Assembly: GCA_964460075.1 (NCBI GenBank)
Contig: CAYWPC010000006.1
Location: forward strand, 8,711 to 72,710
DNA from: an uncultured Acidimicrobiaceae bacterium
GTDB lineage: Bacteria > Actinomycetota > Acidimicrobiia > Spongiisociales > UBA5794
Reading direction: 5' to 3'
Length of the DNA stretch: 64,000 bases
This document shows positions 1 to 10,294 of the stretch, piece after piece (the first letter of the stretch is position 1; every line of letters starts with the position of its first letter). A program made the position numbers and the translations under genes. The notes under the pieces were generated by a model. It was not told where the DNA came from. It made no database searches and saw only the letters and a program-made list of their open reading frames with translations.

Positions 1-932
1 TCCTGGCGACGTCGTACCGGCGGTCCAACCAGGTGCTTGCATTGCGAAACAGCTATCACGGCCGCAGCTTCACGGCCGTTGCTCTCACCAGTCACCGAGC
101 GTGGTCACCCACGGGGTACTCGGGTTTGAACGTGAGCTACGTCCAGGGTCCGTACAAGGTTCGGAGCCCGTACAAGGATCTGAGCGATGGCGCCTTCATC
201 GAAGCCGCAGTTGCAGATCTCCACCAAGTCATCGACATGATGACCTCTGGTGACGTTGCGTGCATGATCGCAGAGCCGATCCAGGGTGTCGGCGGATTCG
301 CAACTCCACCGGACGGGTTCTTCAAAGCGTTCAAGGATGTACTCGATGAGTACGGCATCCTGTTCGTGTCCGATGAGGTACAGACGGGTTGGGGCCGCAC
401 AGGAGAGCACATGTGGGGGTACCAGGCGCACGACATAACCCCAGACATCATGACGTTTGCGAAGGGCATTGGGAACGGCTTGTCGATTGGCGGTGTGGTC
501 GCTCGTGCCGAGATCATGGACTGCATCGGCGCCAACTCGATATCGACCTTTGGGGGGAATCCTCTCGTGTCGGCTGGTGCTTTGGCGAACCTCAAATACC
601 TCATCGATAACGACCTCCAGGGCAACGCTCTCAAGCAGGGATCAAGAATGTTCGAGAATCTGCGCCCGGTCACCGAGGCGTCACCATGGATTCTTGAGTT
701 CCGAGGTAAGGGCCTGATGCTCGCCATCGAGACGGTCGAACCCGGCACGTCGACGCCAGACGCAGGTCGCGCCGGTAGGTTGACCGAGGAGTGCAAGAAG
801 CGTGGGTTGCTGATAGGGAAGGGCGGCCTCTACGGCAACGTCCTACGTATTGCACCCCCCCTGAGCGTCACAGAACAAGAGATTGACACCGCATGCGAAA
901 TCATCGCCGAGTCGGTCTCGGTCATCGACTGA
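1..932 (+). CDS. Class-III (omega/beta-alanine-pyruvate type) aminotransferase, 5'-truncated by the window edge
   Basis: The frame is open from nt 3. The product has the NSYHG motif and the PLP-lysine context TFAKGIGNG. Function is assigned from its position next to pyrimidine catabolic genes. Confidence 0.8.
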   Translation, partial: LATSYRRSNQVLALRNSYHGRSFTAVALTSHRAWSPTGYSGLNVSYVQGPYKVRSPYKDLSDGAFIEAAVADLHQVIDMMTSGDVACMIAEPIQGVGGFATPPDGFFKAFKDVLDEYGILFVSDEVQTGWGRTGEHMWGYQAHDITPDIMTFAKGIGNGLSIGGVVARAEIMDCIGANSISTFGGNPLVSAGALANLKYLIDNDLQGNALKQGSRMFENLRPVTEASPWILEFRGKGLMLAIETVEPGTSTPDAGRAGRLTEECKKRGLLIGKGGLYGNVLRIAPPLSVTEQEIDTACEIIAESVSVID

Positions 933-953
933 TTCACACGAGAGGAACCCGCC

Positions 954-2378
954 ATGAAGACACTCATCTCAGGAGGAACCGTCATCACAGCGATCGATAC
1001 GGTCGCAGCTGATGTGCTCATCGACGGGGAGATCGTGATCGCGATCGGTGCCCCTGGAACCCATGAATGGGCTGCCATTGCTGACAAGGTGATGGATGCC
1101 ACACACAAGTATGTCATCCCAGGCGGCATTGACCCTCACACGCACATGGAACTGCCATTCGGCGGAACCTTGGCGTCAGACACGTTCGAGTCTGGAACTC
1201 GCGCCGCTGCCTGGGGCGGGACGACAACGATCGTGGACTTCGCTGTGCAGGTCAAGGGCGAAAGCCTCATCGACGGATTCGATTCCTGGATGGCGAAAGC
1301 GCAAGGTAACTGTGCCATCGACTACGGGTTCCACATGATCGCCGGCGACATCAACGAACAGTCGCTGTCAGACATGGATGTACTCATCGATCGGGGGTGC
1401 ACGAGTTTCAAGCTCTTCATGGCCTATCCGGGCGTGTTCTACTCCGACGACGGAGAGATCCTTCGCGCGATGCAGAAGGCAGCAGAGAGCGGATCGATGA
1501 TCATGATGCATGCCGAGAACGGCATGGCGATCGATGTGCTCAGAGAACAGGCCCTTGCCAGGGGTGAAACCGATCCTGTGTACCACAGTCTTACCCGCCC
1601 AGCGATCACCGAGGGTGAGGCGACGCACAGGGCGATAGCCCTTGCTGAACTCGCCGGTGCACATCTCTACGTCGTTCACATGTCGGCGAAAGAGGCACTC
1701 GAAGAGATCACGGAGGCTCGAGACCGCGGCCTGCCCGTGTTCGCTGAGACCTGTCCCCAATACCTGTTCCTCAGCGTTGAGGAGCACGTCAGCGCGGACG
1801 GATTCGAGGGCGCCAAGTATGTGTGTTCCACACCGATCCGAAAGAGCTCAGAGGGCCATCAGGACGCGCTCTGGCTAGGCCTGGCAACGAACGATCTCCA
1901 GGCGGTATCAACGGACCACTGCCCGTTCTGCATGGATGATCACCCGGTGCTCGGCACCCAGAAGCAGCTCGGTGTCGGCAATTTCACCGCTATTCCGAAT
2001 GGTCTTCCCGGTGTCGAAGATCGCTATCAGCTCATCTATCACGGAGGCGTCGTCGAGGGGCGCATCAGTGTGAACCGCTGGATCGAGGTATGCAGCACCG
2101 CGCCGGCGAAGCTCTTCGGCATGTATCCAAAGAAGGGGACCATTGCTGTGGGATCCGACGCAGACATTGTCGTGTTCGACCCAAATGCCAACTGGACGAA
2201 GTCGGTCAACCAGCATCACATGGATGTCGACTACTCGGCGTACGAGGGCAAAGAGGTATCCGGCCGGGTGGAGACCGTGCTACTGCGAGGCGAGGTCATC
2301 ATCGATGGTGATGCGTACCTTGGCAAGAGAGGGGACGGCAGATACCTCCCACGGGAACGAGTCTCGGTCGATCATTGA
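954..2378 (+). CDS. hydA: Dihydropyrimidinase / D-hydantoinase
   Basis: 474 aa with the cyclic amidohydrolase metal-ligand signature DPHTHMELPFGG. An RBS-like GAGGAA precedes the start. Confidence 0.85.
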   Translation: MKTLISGGTVITAIDTVAADVLIDGEIVIAIGAPGTHEWAAIADKVMDATHKYVIPGGIDPHTHMELPFGGTLASDTFESGTRAAAWGGTTTIVDFAVQVKGESLIDGFDSWMAKAQGNCAIDYGFHMIAGDINEQSLSDMDVLIDRGCTSFKLFMAYPGVFYSDDGEILRAMQKAAESGSMIMMHAENGMAIDVLREQALARGETDPVYHSLTRPAITEGEATHRAIALAELAGAHLYVVHMSAKEALEEITEARDRGLPVFAETCPQYLFLSVEEHVSADGFEGAKYVCSTPIRKSSEGHQDALWLGLATNDLQAVSTDHCPFCMDDHPVLGTQKQLGVGNFTAIPNGLPGVEDRYQLIYHGGVVEGRISVNRWIEVCSTAPAKLFGMYPKKGTIAVGSDADIVVFDPNANWTKSVNQHHMDVDYSAYEGKEVSGRVETVLLRGEVIIDGDAYLGKRGDGRYLPRERVSVDH

Positions 2379-3877
2379 GGAGCATCGCGGTGAAACAGAT
2401 CAACCACATAATCGGTGGCCAGGACGTCGCTTCGGCTTCTGGGCGCAAGACGCCTGTGTACAACCCAGCGACAGGCGAGGTAGCCGCAGAGGTGGGTCTT
2501 GCAACGACACAAGAGGTCGATCGCGCCGTCGAAGCAGCCAAAGAGGCGTTTGGGTCGTGGAGAGCGACATCGATCGCGGCACGCACAGCGATCATGTATC
2601 GGTTTCGCGATCTCGTTGACAGGCACAAGGGAGACATGGCAGCGCTTCTCACTGCGGAGCATGGCAAAGTTCTCTCAGACTCGCTCGGTGAGGTGAAGCG
2701 TGGACTTGAGAACATCGAATACGCGTGTGGTGTCTCGGAGCATCTGAAGGGCTCCTTCTCACAGGAAGCCTCAACCGACATCGACGTCTACTCCATACGA
2801 CAGCCGCTCGGCGTTGTGGCAGGGATCACGCCCTTCAACTTCCCTGCAATGGTCCCGATGTGGATGTACCCAAACGCTATTGCGACGGGCAACACGTTCA
2901 TACTCAAGCCGTCAGAGAAGAACCCAAGCGTCAACATGCTCGCAGCGGAACTTCTCGACAAGGCTGGCTTGCCTGCTGGTGTGTTCAACGTCGTCCAAGG
3001 CGACAAGGTCGCAGTTGATCGACTCCTCGAACATCCAGACGTCGCTGCCGTCTCTTTCGTTGGCTCGACGCCAATCGCTCGGCACATCTATGTGACGGGT
3101 ACCTCCGCAGGCAAGCGTGTGCAGGCGCTCGGCGGAGCGAAGAACCACATGGTCGTGTTGCCGGACGCCGATATCGACCTCGCAGCCGACGCCGCAGTGA
3201 GCGCGGCCTACGGATCGGCAGGCGAACGATGCATGGCCATCTCGATTGTCGTTGCCGTTGGTTCGTCCGCAGATCCGCTCGTCGCTGCCATCGAGGAGCG
3301 CATTCCTGGACTCGTCGTCGGTGACGGGACCGATGAGGCCTCTCAGATGGGTCCTGTCATCACTCGGGAACATCGCGACCGAATCGCCGAATTTGTCGCG
3401 AACGCACCCCAGGAAGGTGCGACGGTCGTCGTCGACGGACGCGAGCGAACGTATCCAGGTAACGGGTTCTTCATCGCTCCATCGCTCCTCGACCACGTAG
3501 CGCCCGGCATGGCCTGCTACGACGACGAGATCTTCGGTCCCGTGCTCGGCGTAACGCGGGTTGACACCTACGAGGAGGCGATAGAACTCATCGCAGCGAA
3601 TCCCTGGGGTAACGGCACCGCGATCTTCACACGGGACGGCGGCGCAGCGCGACGCTTCCAGATCGACGTCGATGCAGGCATGGTCGGCATAAACGTTCCT
3701 GTCCCCGTCCCTGTCGCGTACTACAGCTTCGGGGGCTGGGGAGACTCTCTGTTCGGTACCTCACACGCATATGGACCCGAAGGCATCGGTTTCTACACGA
3801 AGGCCAAGGTCGTTACCTCCAGATGGCCAGATCCGGCGACAAGCTCGATTGACCTCGGATTTCCGCAGAACACCTGA
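2375..3877 (+). CDS. mmsA: Methylmalonate/malonate-semialdehyde dehydrogenase (CoA-acylating)
   Basis: 500 aa with an aldehyde dehydrogenase fold (FNFPAMVPMWM; the catalytic Cys lies in GERCMA). It makes a TTGA overlap with the upstream stop. Confidence 0.8.
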   Translation: MRSIAVKQINHIIGGQDVASASGRKTPVYNPATGEVAAEVGLATTQEVDRAVEAAKEAFGSWRATSIAARTAIMYRFRDLVDRHKGDMAALLTAEHGKVLSDSLGEVKRGLENIEYACGVSEHLKGSFSQEASTDIDVYSIRQPLGVVAGITPFNFPAMVPMWMYPNAIATGNTFILKPSEKNPSVNMLAAELLDKAGLPAGVFNVVQGDKVAVDRLLEHPDVAAVSFVGSTPIARHIYVTGTSAGKRVQALGGAKNHMVVLPDADIDLAADAAVSAAYGSAGERCMAISIVVAVGSSADPLVAAIEERIPGLVVGDGTDEASQMGPVITREHRDRIAEFVANAPQEGATVVVDGRERTYPGNGFFIAPSLLDHVAPGMACYDDEIFGPVLGVTRVDTYEEAIELIAANPWGNGTAIFTRDGGAARRFQIDVDAGMVGINVPVPVPVAYYSFGGWGDSLFGTSHAYGPEGIGFYTKAKVVTSRWPDPATSSIDLGFPQNT

Positions 3878-3916
3878 TCGACCCGCGAGCACACCACGAT
3901 GGGGTGAGATAGATCG

Positions 3917-4861
3917 ATGACGACACGAGACCAAGCGGCTCAAGCGGTCCGCAGGTACGAGCGTGCAGCAAGCATCAAGCGTTCGGCGCGTCGAGTCGTC
4001 ATCTTTCTGGTATTCCTCATTCTCCTCGGGTTCGCGTACACGGGCTACAAGGCGTTCGGCCAAACGCTTGAGGATGCACAGACAGACTGGCCCGTGGTCG
4101 GCAGGGTGTTGCCTCGTACCGACGACCTTACGATGCCGCCGCTCGGTGACATTATTGCTGAATTCGGGAAACCTCCACAGCGGAACTCCGACAAGCCGCT
4201 TGCTGCCTTCATTGCTGAGGCGTCGCTCTTCACCTTCAGGGAGGCGGCGTTCGGGTTCCTATTCGGTGTCGTGTTCGGCATGGCCATCGCCATCGTGATG
4301 TTGCGGTCTCGGCTCATAGAGCGCGGCGTGTCCCCATATTTGGTGGCCTCCCAGACCGTGCCGTTGGTCGCGATCGCGCCGATCGTGGTGATTTGGGGAT
4401 CAAATTCGCTTGGGTGGCTGCCATTCGAGTGGACGAGGTGGATGTCTGTGGCGATCATTGCGACGTTTCTGACATTCTTCCCCGTAGCGATGAACGGGAT
4501 CAAGGGTCTCCAGTCCGCAGACGCAGCCGCGATGGAACTCATGCGGTCATATGCTGCGACGCGCCGACAGACGCTGATTCGTCTCCAACTGCCAGCATCC
4601 ATTCCGTACCTGTTCGCTGCGTTCAAGATCGCAGCGACCGCAGCGATCGTGGGGGCGATCGTCGGAGAGATATCTGGTGGTGTTCCTGGTGGTCTTGGGA
4701 GGTTGATCCTCGACTTTGCCAGTCGCTACACCACTGGGCCATCCAGGTTGTACGCCACCGTGATCGGGGCTGCGGTCCTCGGAATCATCGCGTTCGGTCT
4801 CGTAGCGGTCGCTGAATACGTTGTCCTATCCAGTCGCAAAGAGGAGCCTTTGGCGCTATGA
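3917..4861 (+). CDS. ABC transporter permease (NitT/TauT family)
   Basis: Multi-TM protein with a BPD-transporter inner-membrane signature; first gene of the permease-ATPase-permease-SBP block. Confidence 0.8.
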   Translation: MTTRDQAAQAVRRYERAASIKRSARRVVIFLVFLILLGFAYTGYKAFGQTLEDAQTDWPVVGRVLPRTDDLTMPPLGDIIAEFGKPPQRNSDKPLAAFIAEASLFTFREAAFGFLFGVVFGMAIAIVMLRSRLIERGVSPYLVASQTVPLVAIAPIVVIWGSNSLGWLPFEWTRWMSVAIIATFLTFFPVAMNGIKGLQSADAAAMELMRSYAATRRQTLIRLQLPASIPYLFAAFKIAATAAIVGAIVGEISGGVPGGLGRLILDFASRYTTGPSRLYATVIGAAVLGIIAFGLVAVAEYVVLSSRKEEPLAL

Positions 4862-5646
4862 CCGAAACCGAACGTTGTGCCGTTGAGATCTCAGGGCTCT
4901 CGAAAACCTTCAACGCTGGAAAGCCGAACGAGGTGCGTGCTCTCGATGCGATTGATCTCTCGATCACCAACGGGTCTTTCGTCTCCCTCATCGGTCCCTC
5001 TGGCTGCGGGAAATCAACGCTGCTGCGCCTCATCGGCGCATTGACACACCCAAGCAAAGGTGAAGTTCTTGTCAACGGAAAGTCGGCAGACCAAGCGCGC
5101 CTCAACCGTGATTACGGCATGGCATTTCAGACATCCGGTCTGTTCGATTGGCGGACGGTCTCGCAGAATGTTGAATTGCCGCTCCAACTCATGGGATGGG
5201 GGAAGGCCGAGCGCAAGGATCGCGCACTCGAAATGCTCGCTCTTGTGAAACTCACCGAGTTCGCGGACCACTATCCGAGAGAGCTGTCGGGCGGAATGCA
5301 GCAGCGGGTGTCTATCGCCAGGGCGCTCTCGTTCCGTCCGTCTCTCTTGCTCATGGACGAACCGTTCGGCGCCCTCGACGAGATGACTCGCGAGCACATG
5401 CAGACGGAGGTCCTCGACATCTGGAACAAGACGGGCAAGACAGTCGTGTTCGTGACCCACTCCATTCCCGAGGCGGTCTTTCTCTCGCAGCGAGTCATCG
5501 TATTGTCGCCACGTCCTGGAAGAATCGCCGTTGACATTGCGGTCGACCTTGGAGACAGAAACTTCGAGACGAGAGAGTCGCCAGCGTTCTTCGACAGCAT
5601 CACCGTTGTGCGCGAGGCGCTGCGATTCAAGGAACTAGCCAAATGA
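4858..5646 (+). CDS. ABC transporter ATP-binding protein
   Basis: Walker A GPSGCGKST, the ABC signature LSGGMQQRV and Walker B LLLMDEP. It makes an ATGA overlap with the upstream permease. Confidence 0.9.
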   Translation: MTETERCAVEISGLSKTFNAGKPNEVRALDAIDLSITNGSFVSLIGPSGCGKSTLLRLIGALTHPSKGEVLVNGKSADQARLNRDYGMAFQTSGLFDWRTVSQNVELPLQLMGWGKAERKDRALEMLALVKLTEFADHYPRELSGGMQQRVSIARALSFRPSLLLMDEPFGALDEMTREHMQTEVLDIWNKTGKTVVFVTHSIPEAVFLSQRVIVLSPRPGRIAVDIAVDLGDRNFETRESPAFFDSITVVREALRFKELAK

Positions 5647-6422
5647 TCTCGCGTGTGCTCCGGAACTTCGCCCCTGCCATAATCGTCGGCGTGGGTGGGG
5701 TTGTGTTCTGGGAGTTGACGTTGCTGGTACTCAAGCCCGAGGGGTTCTTGCTCCCCGCGCCAAGTTCGATCGGCTCCGCACTCGTCGAGAACGTCGACGA
5801 GATATGGGCAGCAACACAGAACACCGGATATGTAGTCGTGACAGGTCTTGTTGCGGGGGTGATACTGGGTGCGCTCTGGGCGTTGCTCGTATCGCGGTTC
5901 CGACTGGCAGACGAGACACTCACACCCCTGGCGATTGCTCTCAATGCCGTTCCGATCATTGCGCTTGCACCGATCTTCAACGCTTGGTTCGGCTTACTGT
6001 CACCTGTGTCGAACCAAGCCATCGTCGCGATGCTCGTGTTCTTCCCTGTGTTTATCAACACGACAAAAGGTCTCACAGAGGTGGGAGCGACCGAAATCGA
6101 ATTGATGCGATCGTACGCTGCTTCTTCGTGGCAGGTCGCCAGGATCGTTCGGATTCCGAATGCGATGCCATTCTTCTTTACCTCACTGAAGATTGCCTCA
6201 TCTTTGGCCGTGATCGGCGCGATCGTCGCTGAGTACTTCGGCGGTCGACAGGATGCTCTTGGCCCACTCATTGTCCAGAACGCAGGGCTCACACGCTACG
6301 CAGAGGCCTGGGCGGCGGTGCTTGCTGGAAGTGTCATGGGCATTCTGTTGTATTTTGTGAGCGGAGCTTTCGAGCGGGTCTCCATGCCGTGGAAGCCTGA
6401 CTGGGAAAATATGGGGTCATAG
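5643..6422 (+). CDS. ABC transporter permease (second subunit)
   Basis: Multi-TM protein; makes an ATGA overlap with the ATPase gene. Confidence 0.8.
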   Translation: MISRVLRNFAPAIIVGVGGVVFWELTLLVLKPEGFLLPAPSSIGSALVENVDEIWAATQNTGYVVVTGLVAGVILGALWALLVSRFRLADETLTPLAIALNAVPIIALAPIFNAWFGLLSPVSNQAIVAMLVFFPVFINTTKGLTEVGATEIELMRSYAASSWQVARIVRIPNAMPFFFTSLKIASSLAVIGAIVAEYFGGRQDALGPLIVQNAGLTRYAEAWAAVLAGSVMGILLYFVSGAFERVSMPWKPDWENMGS

Positions 6423-6457
6423 GCCCCGTACGTAAGCAAGCAAACGAGAAGGGAGAC

Positions 6458-7594
6458 TTGATGCGGTTGGGTACAAAGAAGGGACTCGCACGCTGGCTTG
6501 TCATATTGGCCGTGTTCGCACTGGTTGCAGCTGCGTGTAGCAGTTCGGATGACAGCGGCGGCGAGGCAGGAAGTCAAGAACTCATTCCGGTGAAGCTGCA
6601 GTTGCAGTGGTTCACCCAGGCCCAATTCGCAGGCTACTTCGCAGCCCTTGATCAGGGCTTCTACAGGGACGCCGGCCTCGACGTCGAGATTCTTGAGGGC
6701 GGCGTCGACATCGTACCTGCAACGGTTCTCGACTCGGGCGCAGCTGACTTCGCGATTTCGTGGGTTCCTCGAGGGCTCGTGCCGCGCGAAGAAGGGTTGA
6801 ACATCACCAACATCGCCCAAGTGTTCCAGCGCTCGGCGACTCTTCAGGTGTCGTTTGCCGATCAGGGCATTGCAGGTCCTAGCGATCTCAAGGGCAAGAC
6901 GGTTGGCAACTGGGGCTTCGGGAACGAGTTCGAGCTTCTGGCGGGACTCCGAGCTTCTGGCCTTGATCCAGCGTCAGACGTCTCGCTCGTTCAGCAGCAG
7001 TTCGACATGCTCGCTCTGATAAGTGGCGACATCGATGCGGCGCAAGCCATGATTTACAACGAGTACGCCCAGGTGCTCGAGACGGTGAACCCTGCCACAG
7101 GTGAGCTATACAAGCCGGAGGACCTTTCGATCATTGACTGGAATGATGTTGGCACAGCAATGCTCCAGGACGCCATTTGGGCTGATGCGGACAAGCTTGA
7201 CTCGGATGCCGAGTACCGAGCGACAGCGGTCAAGTTCGTTGAGGCATCGTTGCGCGGGTGGGCGTATTGTCGTGACCAGTTCGACGAATGCGCTGGGATC
7301 GTTCTCGATGCTGGCCCGACGCTCGGTGAGTCGCATCAGCGTTGGCAGCTCAACGAGATCAACAACCTGATATGGCCTTCACCCGCAGGTGTAGGTGTCA
7401 TGGATCAGGGCCTCTGGGATCAGACGGTGGCGGTCGCGACGTCAGAGCAGATTCTCAAGTCAGCCCCGACAGATGGCGCATTTCGTACCGATATCGTGCA
7501 AGAGGCACTCGCCAACTTGAGGGCCGCAGGGATTGATGTGATAGGCAACGACTGGGAACCAAAGACGATCGACCTGAAAGAAGGCGGCAACTGA
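6458..7594 (+). CDS. ABC substrate-binding lipoprotein (NMT1/THI5/SsuA-like)
   Basis: Signal peptide with the lipobox VAAAC|SSS. The product has the NMT1-like fold sequence QLQWFTQAQFAGYFAA. Confidence 0.8.
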   Translation: MMRLGTKKGLARWLVILAVFALVAAACSSSDDSGGEAGSQELIPVKLQLQWFTQAQFAGYFAALDQGFYRDAGLDVEILEGGVDIVPATVLDSGAADFAISWVPRGLVPREEGLNITNIAQVFQRSATLQVSFADQGIAGPSDLKGKTVGNWGFGNEFELLAGLRASGLDPASDVSLVQQQFDMLALISGDIDAAQAMIYNEYAQVLETVNPATGELYKPEDLSIIDWNDVGTAMLQDAIWADADKLDSDAEYRATAVKFVEASLRGWAYCRDQFDECAGIVLDAGPTLGESHQRWQLNEINNLIWPSPAGVGVMDQGLWDQTVAVATSEQILKSAPTDGAFRTDIVQEALANLRAAGIDVIGNDWEPKTIDLKEGGN

Positions 7595-7642
7595 GGGTCT
7601 GGCTGGTGAGACGCTGAGAGGGATCAAGAGGATGGAACGGGT

Positions 7643-8977
7643 ATGAACGAGATCATGTTGACGGTCGTCGATTCGGGAGGGCTGGCGCCCATGCCAGCAA
7701 TGACGCTCGATGAGGCGCTCGTGGAGGCACACCGCTGCCTCATGTGTTGGGACGCACCATGCACACGGGCGTGTCCAACAAGCATCGATGTACCTCGGTT
7801 CATCAAGCAGATCGCGAACGACGACCTGGTCGGTTCTGCCCGAACCATTCTCGGATCCAACATACTCGGAGCGTCCTGCGCTCGGGTCTGCCCGACAGAA
7901 GTGCTGTGTGCTGGCGCCTGCGTCCTCAACGACTTACACGAACGTCCAATCGATATCGGGCGACTCCAGGGGTACGCCACTGACGATGTCGTGTTCGGAG
8001 ATGGTGCAGTCTTTGTGCCTGCCCCCGCGACAGGGCGCAGCATCGGCATCGTCGGGGCAGGACCTGCAGGGCTTTCGTGTGCCGCTGAACTTGCAAAACT
8101 AGGCCATGAAGTCGTTGTGTATGACGCCAATGATGAACCAGGCGGTCTCAACACGCACGGCGTGGCGAATTACAAGATGGACAAGACAACGAGCCTCAAG
8201 GAGGTTGCCTTCATCGAGGCTCTCGGAGTCAACATTCAGCCAAGCGTGGCTGTTGGAGTCGATGTGTCGATCGACGAGTTACTCAGAACGCATGAGGCCC
8301 TGTTCCTCGGCGTCGGCCTCGGATCGGTTCCACCGCTCGGACTCGAAGGTGAGGATCTGCCAGGCGTGATGGATGCTCTCGATTTCATTGCCGATGTCCG
8401 ATCTGGAGACGTGCACCTAGACGGTGAGCGTGTTGCGGTCATAGGTGGCGGCAACACGGCCATCGATGCGGTATCGCAGGCCTCACGGCTCGGCGCTCAA
8501 CATGTGTATCTGGTGTACCGCAGGGGCCGACAAGAGATGCGTGCCTATCAACACGATATTGATCGGGCCCTCAGAAGTGGCGTGGAGTTCATCCATTGGA
8601 GCGCTCCAAGACGGATCGAGGGCGACGCAGTGGTCTCGGCGCTCATATGCGATCGAACTGCCTATGAAGAGGCATCCGACGGATCGGCGAAGCTTGTGTC
8701 GATGCCTGAAAGCGAGTTCAGGATTCCCGTGACGATGGTGATGCGAGCAACAGGCCAGCAGAAGCGTGTCTCGTTCTTCGATCAGCTCGATGGCGTCGAG
8801 ACCGATCACGACGGCAAGGTGGAGGTCGATGACGGTTTTCGAACCGGAAATCCCAGGATGTGGGCTGGCGGTGACTGTGTCAACGGTGGCAAGGAAGTGG
8901 TGAACGCGGTGGCACACGGCAAGGCTGCTGCAGCGGACATCGATCGAATGCTGCGTTCTGTTGCAGCCGGAAAGTGA
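7643..8977 (+). CDS. preT: NAD-dependent dihydropyrimidine dehydrogenase subunit PreT (GltD-like)
   Basis: N-terminal Cys cluster CLMCWDAPCTRACP. Two dinucleotide-binding folds (GIVGAGPAGL and IGGGNTAID). Confidence 0.8.
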   Translation: MNEIMLTVVDSGGLAPMPAMTLDEALVEAHRCLMCWDAPCTRACPTSIDVPRFIKQIANDDLVGSARTILGSNILGASCARVCPTEVLCAGACVLNDLHERPIDIGRLQGYATDDVVFGDGAVFVPAPATGRSIGIVGAGPAGLSCAAELAKLGHEVVVYDANDEPGGLNTHGVANYKMDKTTSLKEVAFIEALGVNIQPSVAVGVDVSIDELLRTHEALFLGVGLGSVPPLGLEGEDLPGVMDALDFIADVRSGDVHLDGERVAVIGGGNTAIDAVSQASRLGAQHVYLVYRRGRQEMRAYQHDIDRALRSGVEFIHWSAPRRIEGDAVVSALICDRTAYEEASDGSAKLVSMPESEFRIPVTMVMRATGQQKRVSFFDQLDGVETDHDGKVEVDDGFRTGNPRMWAGGDCVNGGKEVVNAVAHGKAAAADIDRMLRSVAAGK

Positions 8978-8986
8978 GGCGTTGGC

Positions 8987-10294
8987 ATGGCTGATCTGTC
9001 CGTGACCATGTGTGGAATCAAATCTCCCAACCCATTCTGGCTCGCGTCTGCACCACCGACCAACACCGGTGATCAGATCGCAAGAGCGTTCGATGTCGGT
9101 TGGGGTGGTGCGGTGTGGAAGACGCTAGGTGAGCCGGTCGACAACGTGTATTCGCGGTACAGCTCTCTCGACCTGAACGGTCAAAAGATGATGGGTTTCA
9201 ACAACATCGAGCTCATCACCGACCGTTCCCTCGAGGTCAACCTCATCGAGATCCAGGAGGTGAAGCGCCGGTATCCCGACCACGCTCTGATAGTGAGCCT
9301 CATGGTCGAATCCAATCCGCAGGCTTGGGATGAGATCATCAAGCAGGTCGAGCAGGCTGGTGCCGACGGTATCGAACTGAACTTTGGGTGTCCCCACGGC
9401 ATGTCCGAGCGGGGAATGGGATCCGCTGTAGGACAGGTCCCCGAATACACATGCGACATCACAGGGTGGGCGAAGGCTTCCGCCACCGTCCCTGTGTTTG
9501 TGAAATTGACCCCCAATATCACCGACATTCGGGTCGCTGCCCGCGCCGCGAAGAACGGTGGAGCGGACGCTGTGAGTCTGATCAACACGATCAACTCGAT
9601 CACAGGTGTCGACCTCGACAGCATGATTCCGCGTCCAGTCGTCGGGAACAAGTCGAGTCACGGCGGCTATTGCGGCCCAGCAGTGAAGCCGATCGCGCTG
9701 AATATGGTCGCGTCGATCGCCGCTGACCCGCTCACCGAAGACCTTCCCATCAGCGGCATCGGTGGAATCGGCACGTGGCAGGACGCTGCCGAGTTCATTC
9801 TCCTCGGAGCAACGACTGTCCAGGTCTGCACGGCCGTCATGCATTATGGGTATCGAATCGTGGAGGCAATGGCGGAGGGCCTCTCCAACTACCTCGATAG
9901 CAAAGGGATTGCCCGCGTCAGCGACCTTCGCGGCCTGTCGGTCCCCAAGGTCACCAGCTGGCAGGATCTCGACATCAACTACGTCATCAAGGCGAGCATC
10001 GATCAGGACGCGTGTGTGCACTGCGGCCTGTGCTATGTCGCTTGTCAAGATGGTGCTCATCAGGCGATCGGTACTGAGCGCATCGACGACGAGAAGACCA
10101 GGGTGTGGATCATCGAGGACCTCTGCGTCGGATGCAATCTGTGCAGTCTCGTATGCCCAGTGAGTGGATGCATCACGATGGAAGAGCGTGACTTCGACCA
10201 GACGCACATGACGTGGAATGAGTATGTGAGTGACGAATCGCCTGGTGAGCTGTATCCGAGGCCGAAGCACGGGTTGACCATCGGACGCGGTTGA
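8987..10294 (+). CDS. preA: Dihydropyrimidine dehydrogenase subunit PreA (DHOD-like, with a C-terminal 2x[4Fe-4S] domain)
   Basis: DHOD-family TIM barrel. The C-terminus carries CVHCGLCYVAC and CVGCNLCSLVCP ferredoxin motifs. Confidence 0.8.
   Translation: MADLSVTMCGIKSPNPFWLASAPPTNTGDQIARAFDVGWGGAVWKTLGEPVDNVYSRYSSLDLNGQKMMGFNNIELITDRSLEVNLIEIQEVKRRYPDHALIVSLMVESNPQAWDEIIKQVEQAGADGIELNFGCPHGMSERGMGSAVGQVPEYTCDITGWAKASATVPVFVKLTPNITDIRVAARAAKNGGADAVSLINTINSITGVDLDSMIPRPVVGNKSSHGGYCGPAVKPIALNMVASIAADPLTEDLPISGIGGIGTWQDAAEFILLGATTVQVCTAVMHYGYRIVEAMAEGLSNYLDSKGIARVSDLRGLSVPKVTSWQDLDINYVIKASIDQDACVHCGLCYVACQDGAHQAIGTERIDDEKTRVWIIEDLCVGCNLCSLVCPVSGCITMEERDFDQTHMTWNEYVSDESPGELYPRPKHGLTIGRG

Noticed and set aside
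137-796. 219-aa minus-strand ORF antisense to the aminotransferase gene. The same pattern holds for many others, for example 9125-10270(-), 13122-14159(-), 26963-27745(-), 33808-34788(-), 54073-55284(+), 54496-55236(-) and 60302-61840(+).
   Set aside because: They lie antisense to or out of frame with strongly supported conserved genes. They are Arg/Ser/Pro-rich with low complexity, as expected from high GC3. They have no motifs and no RBS.
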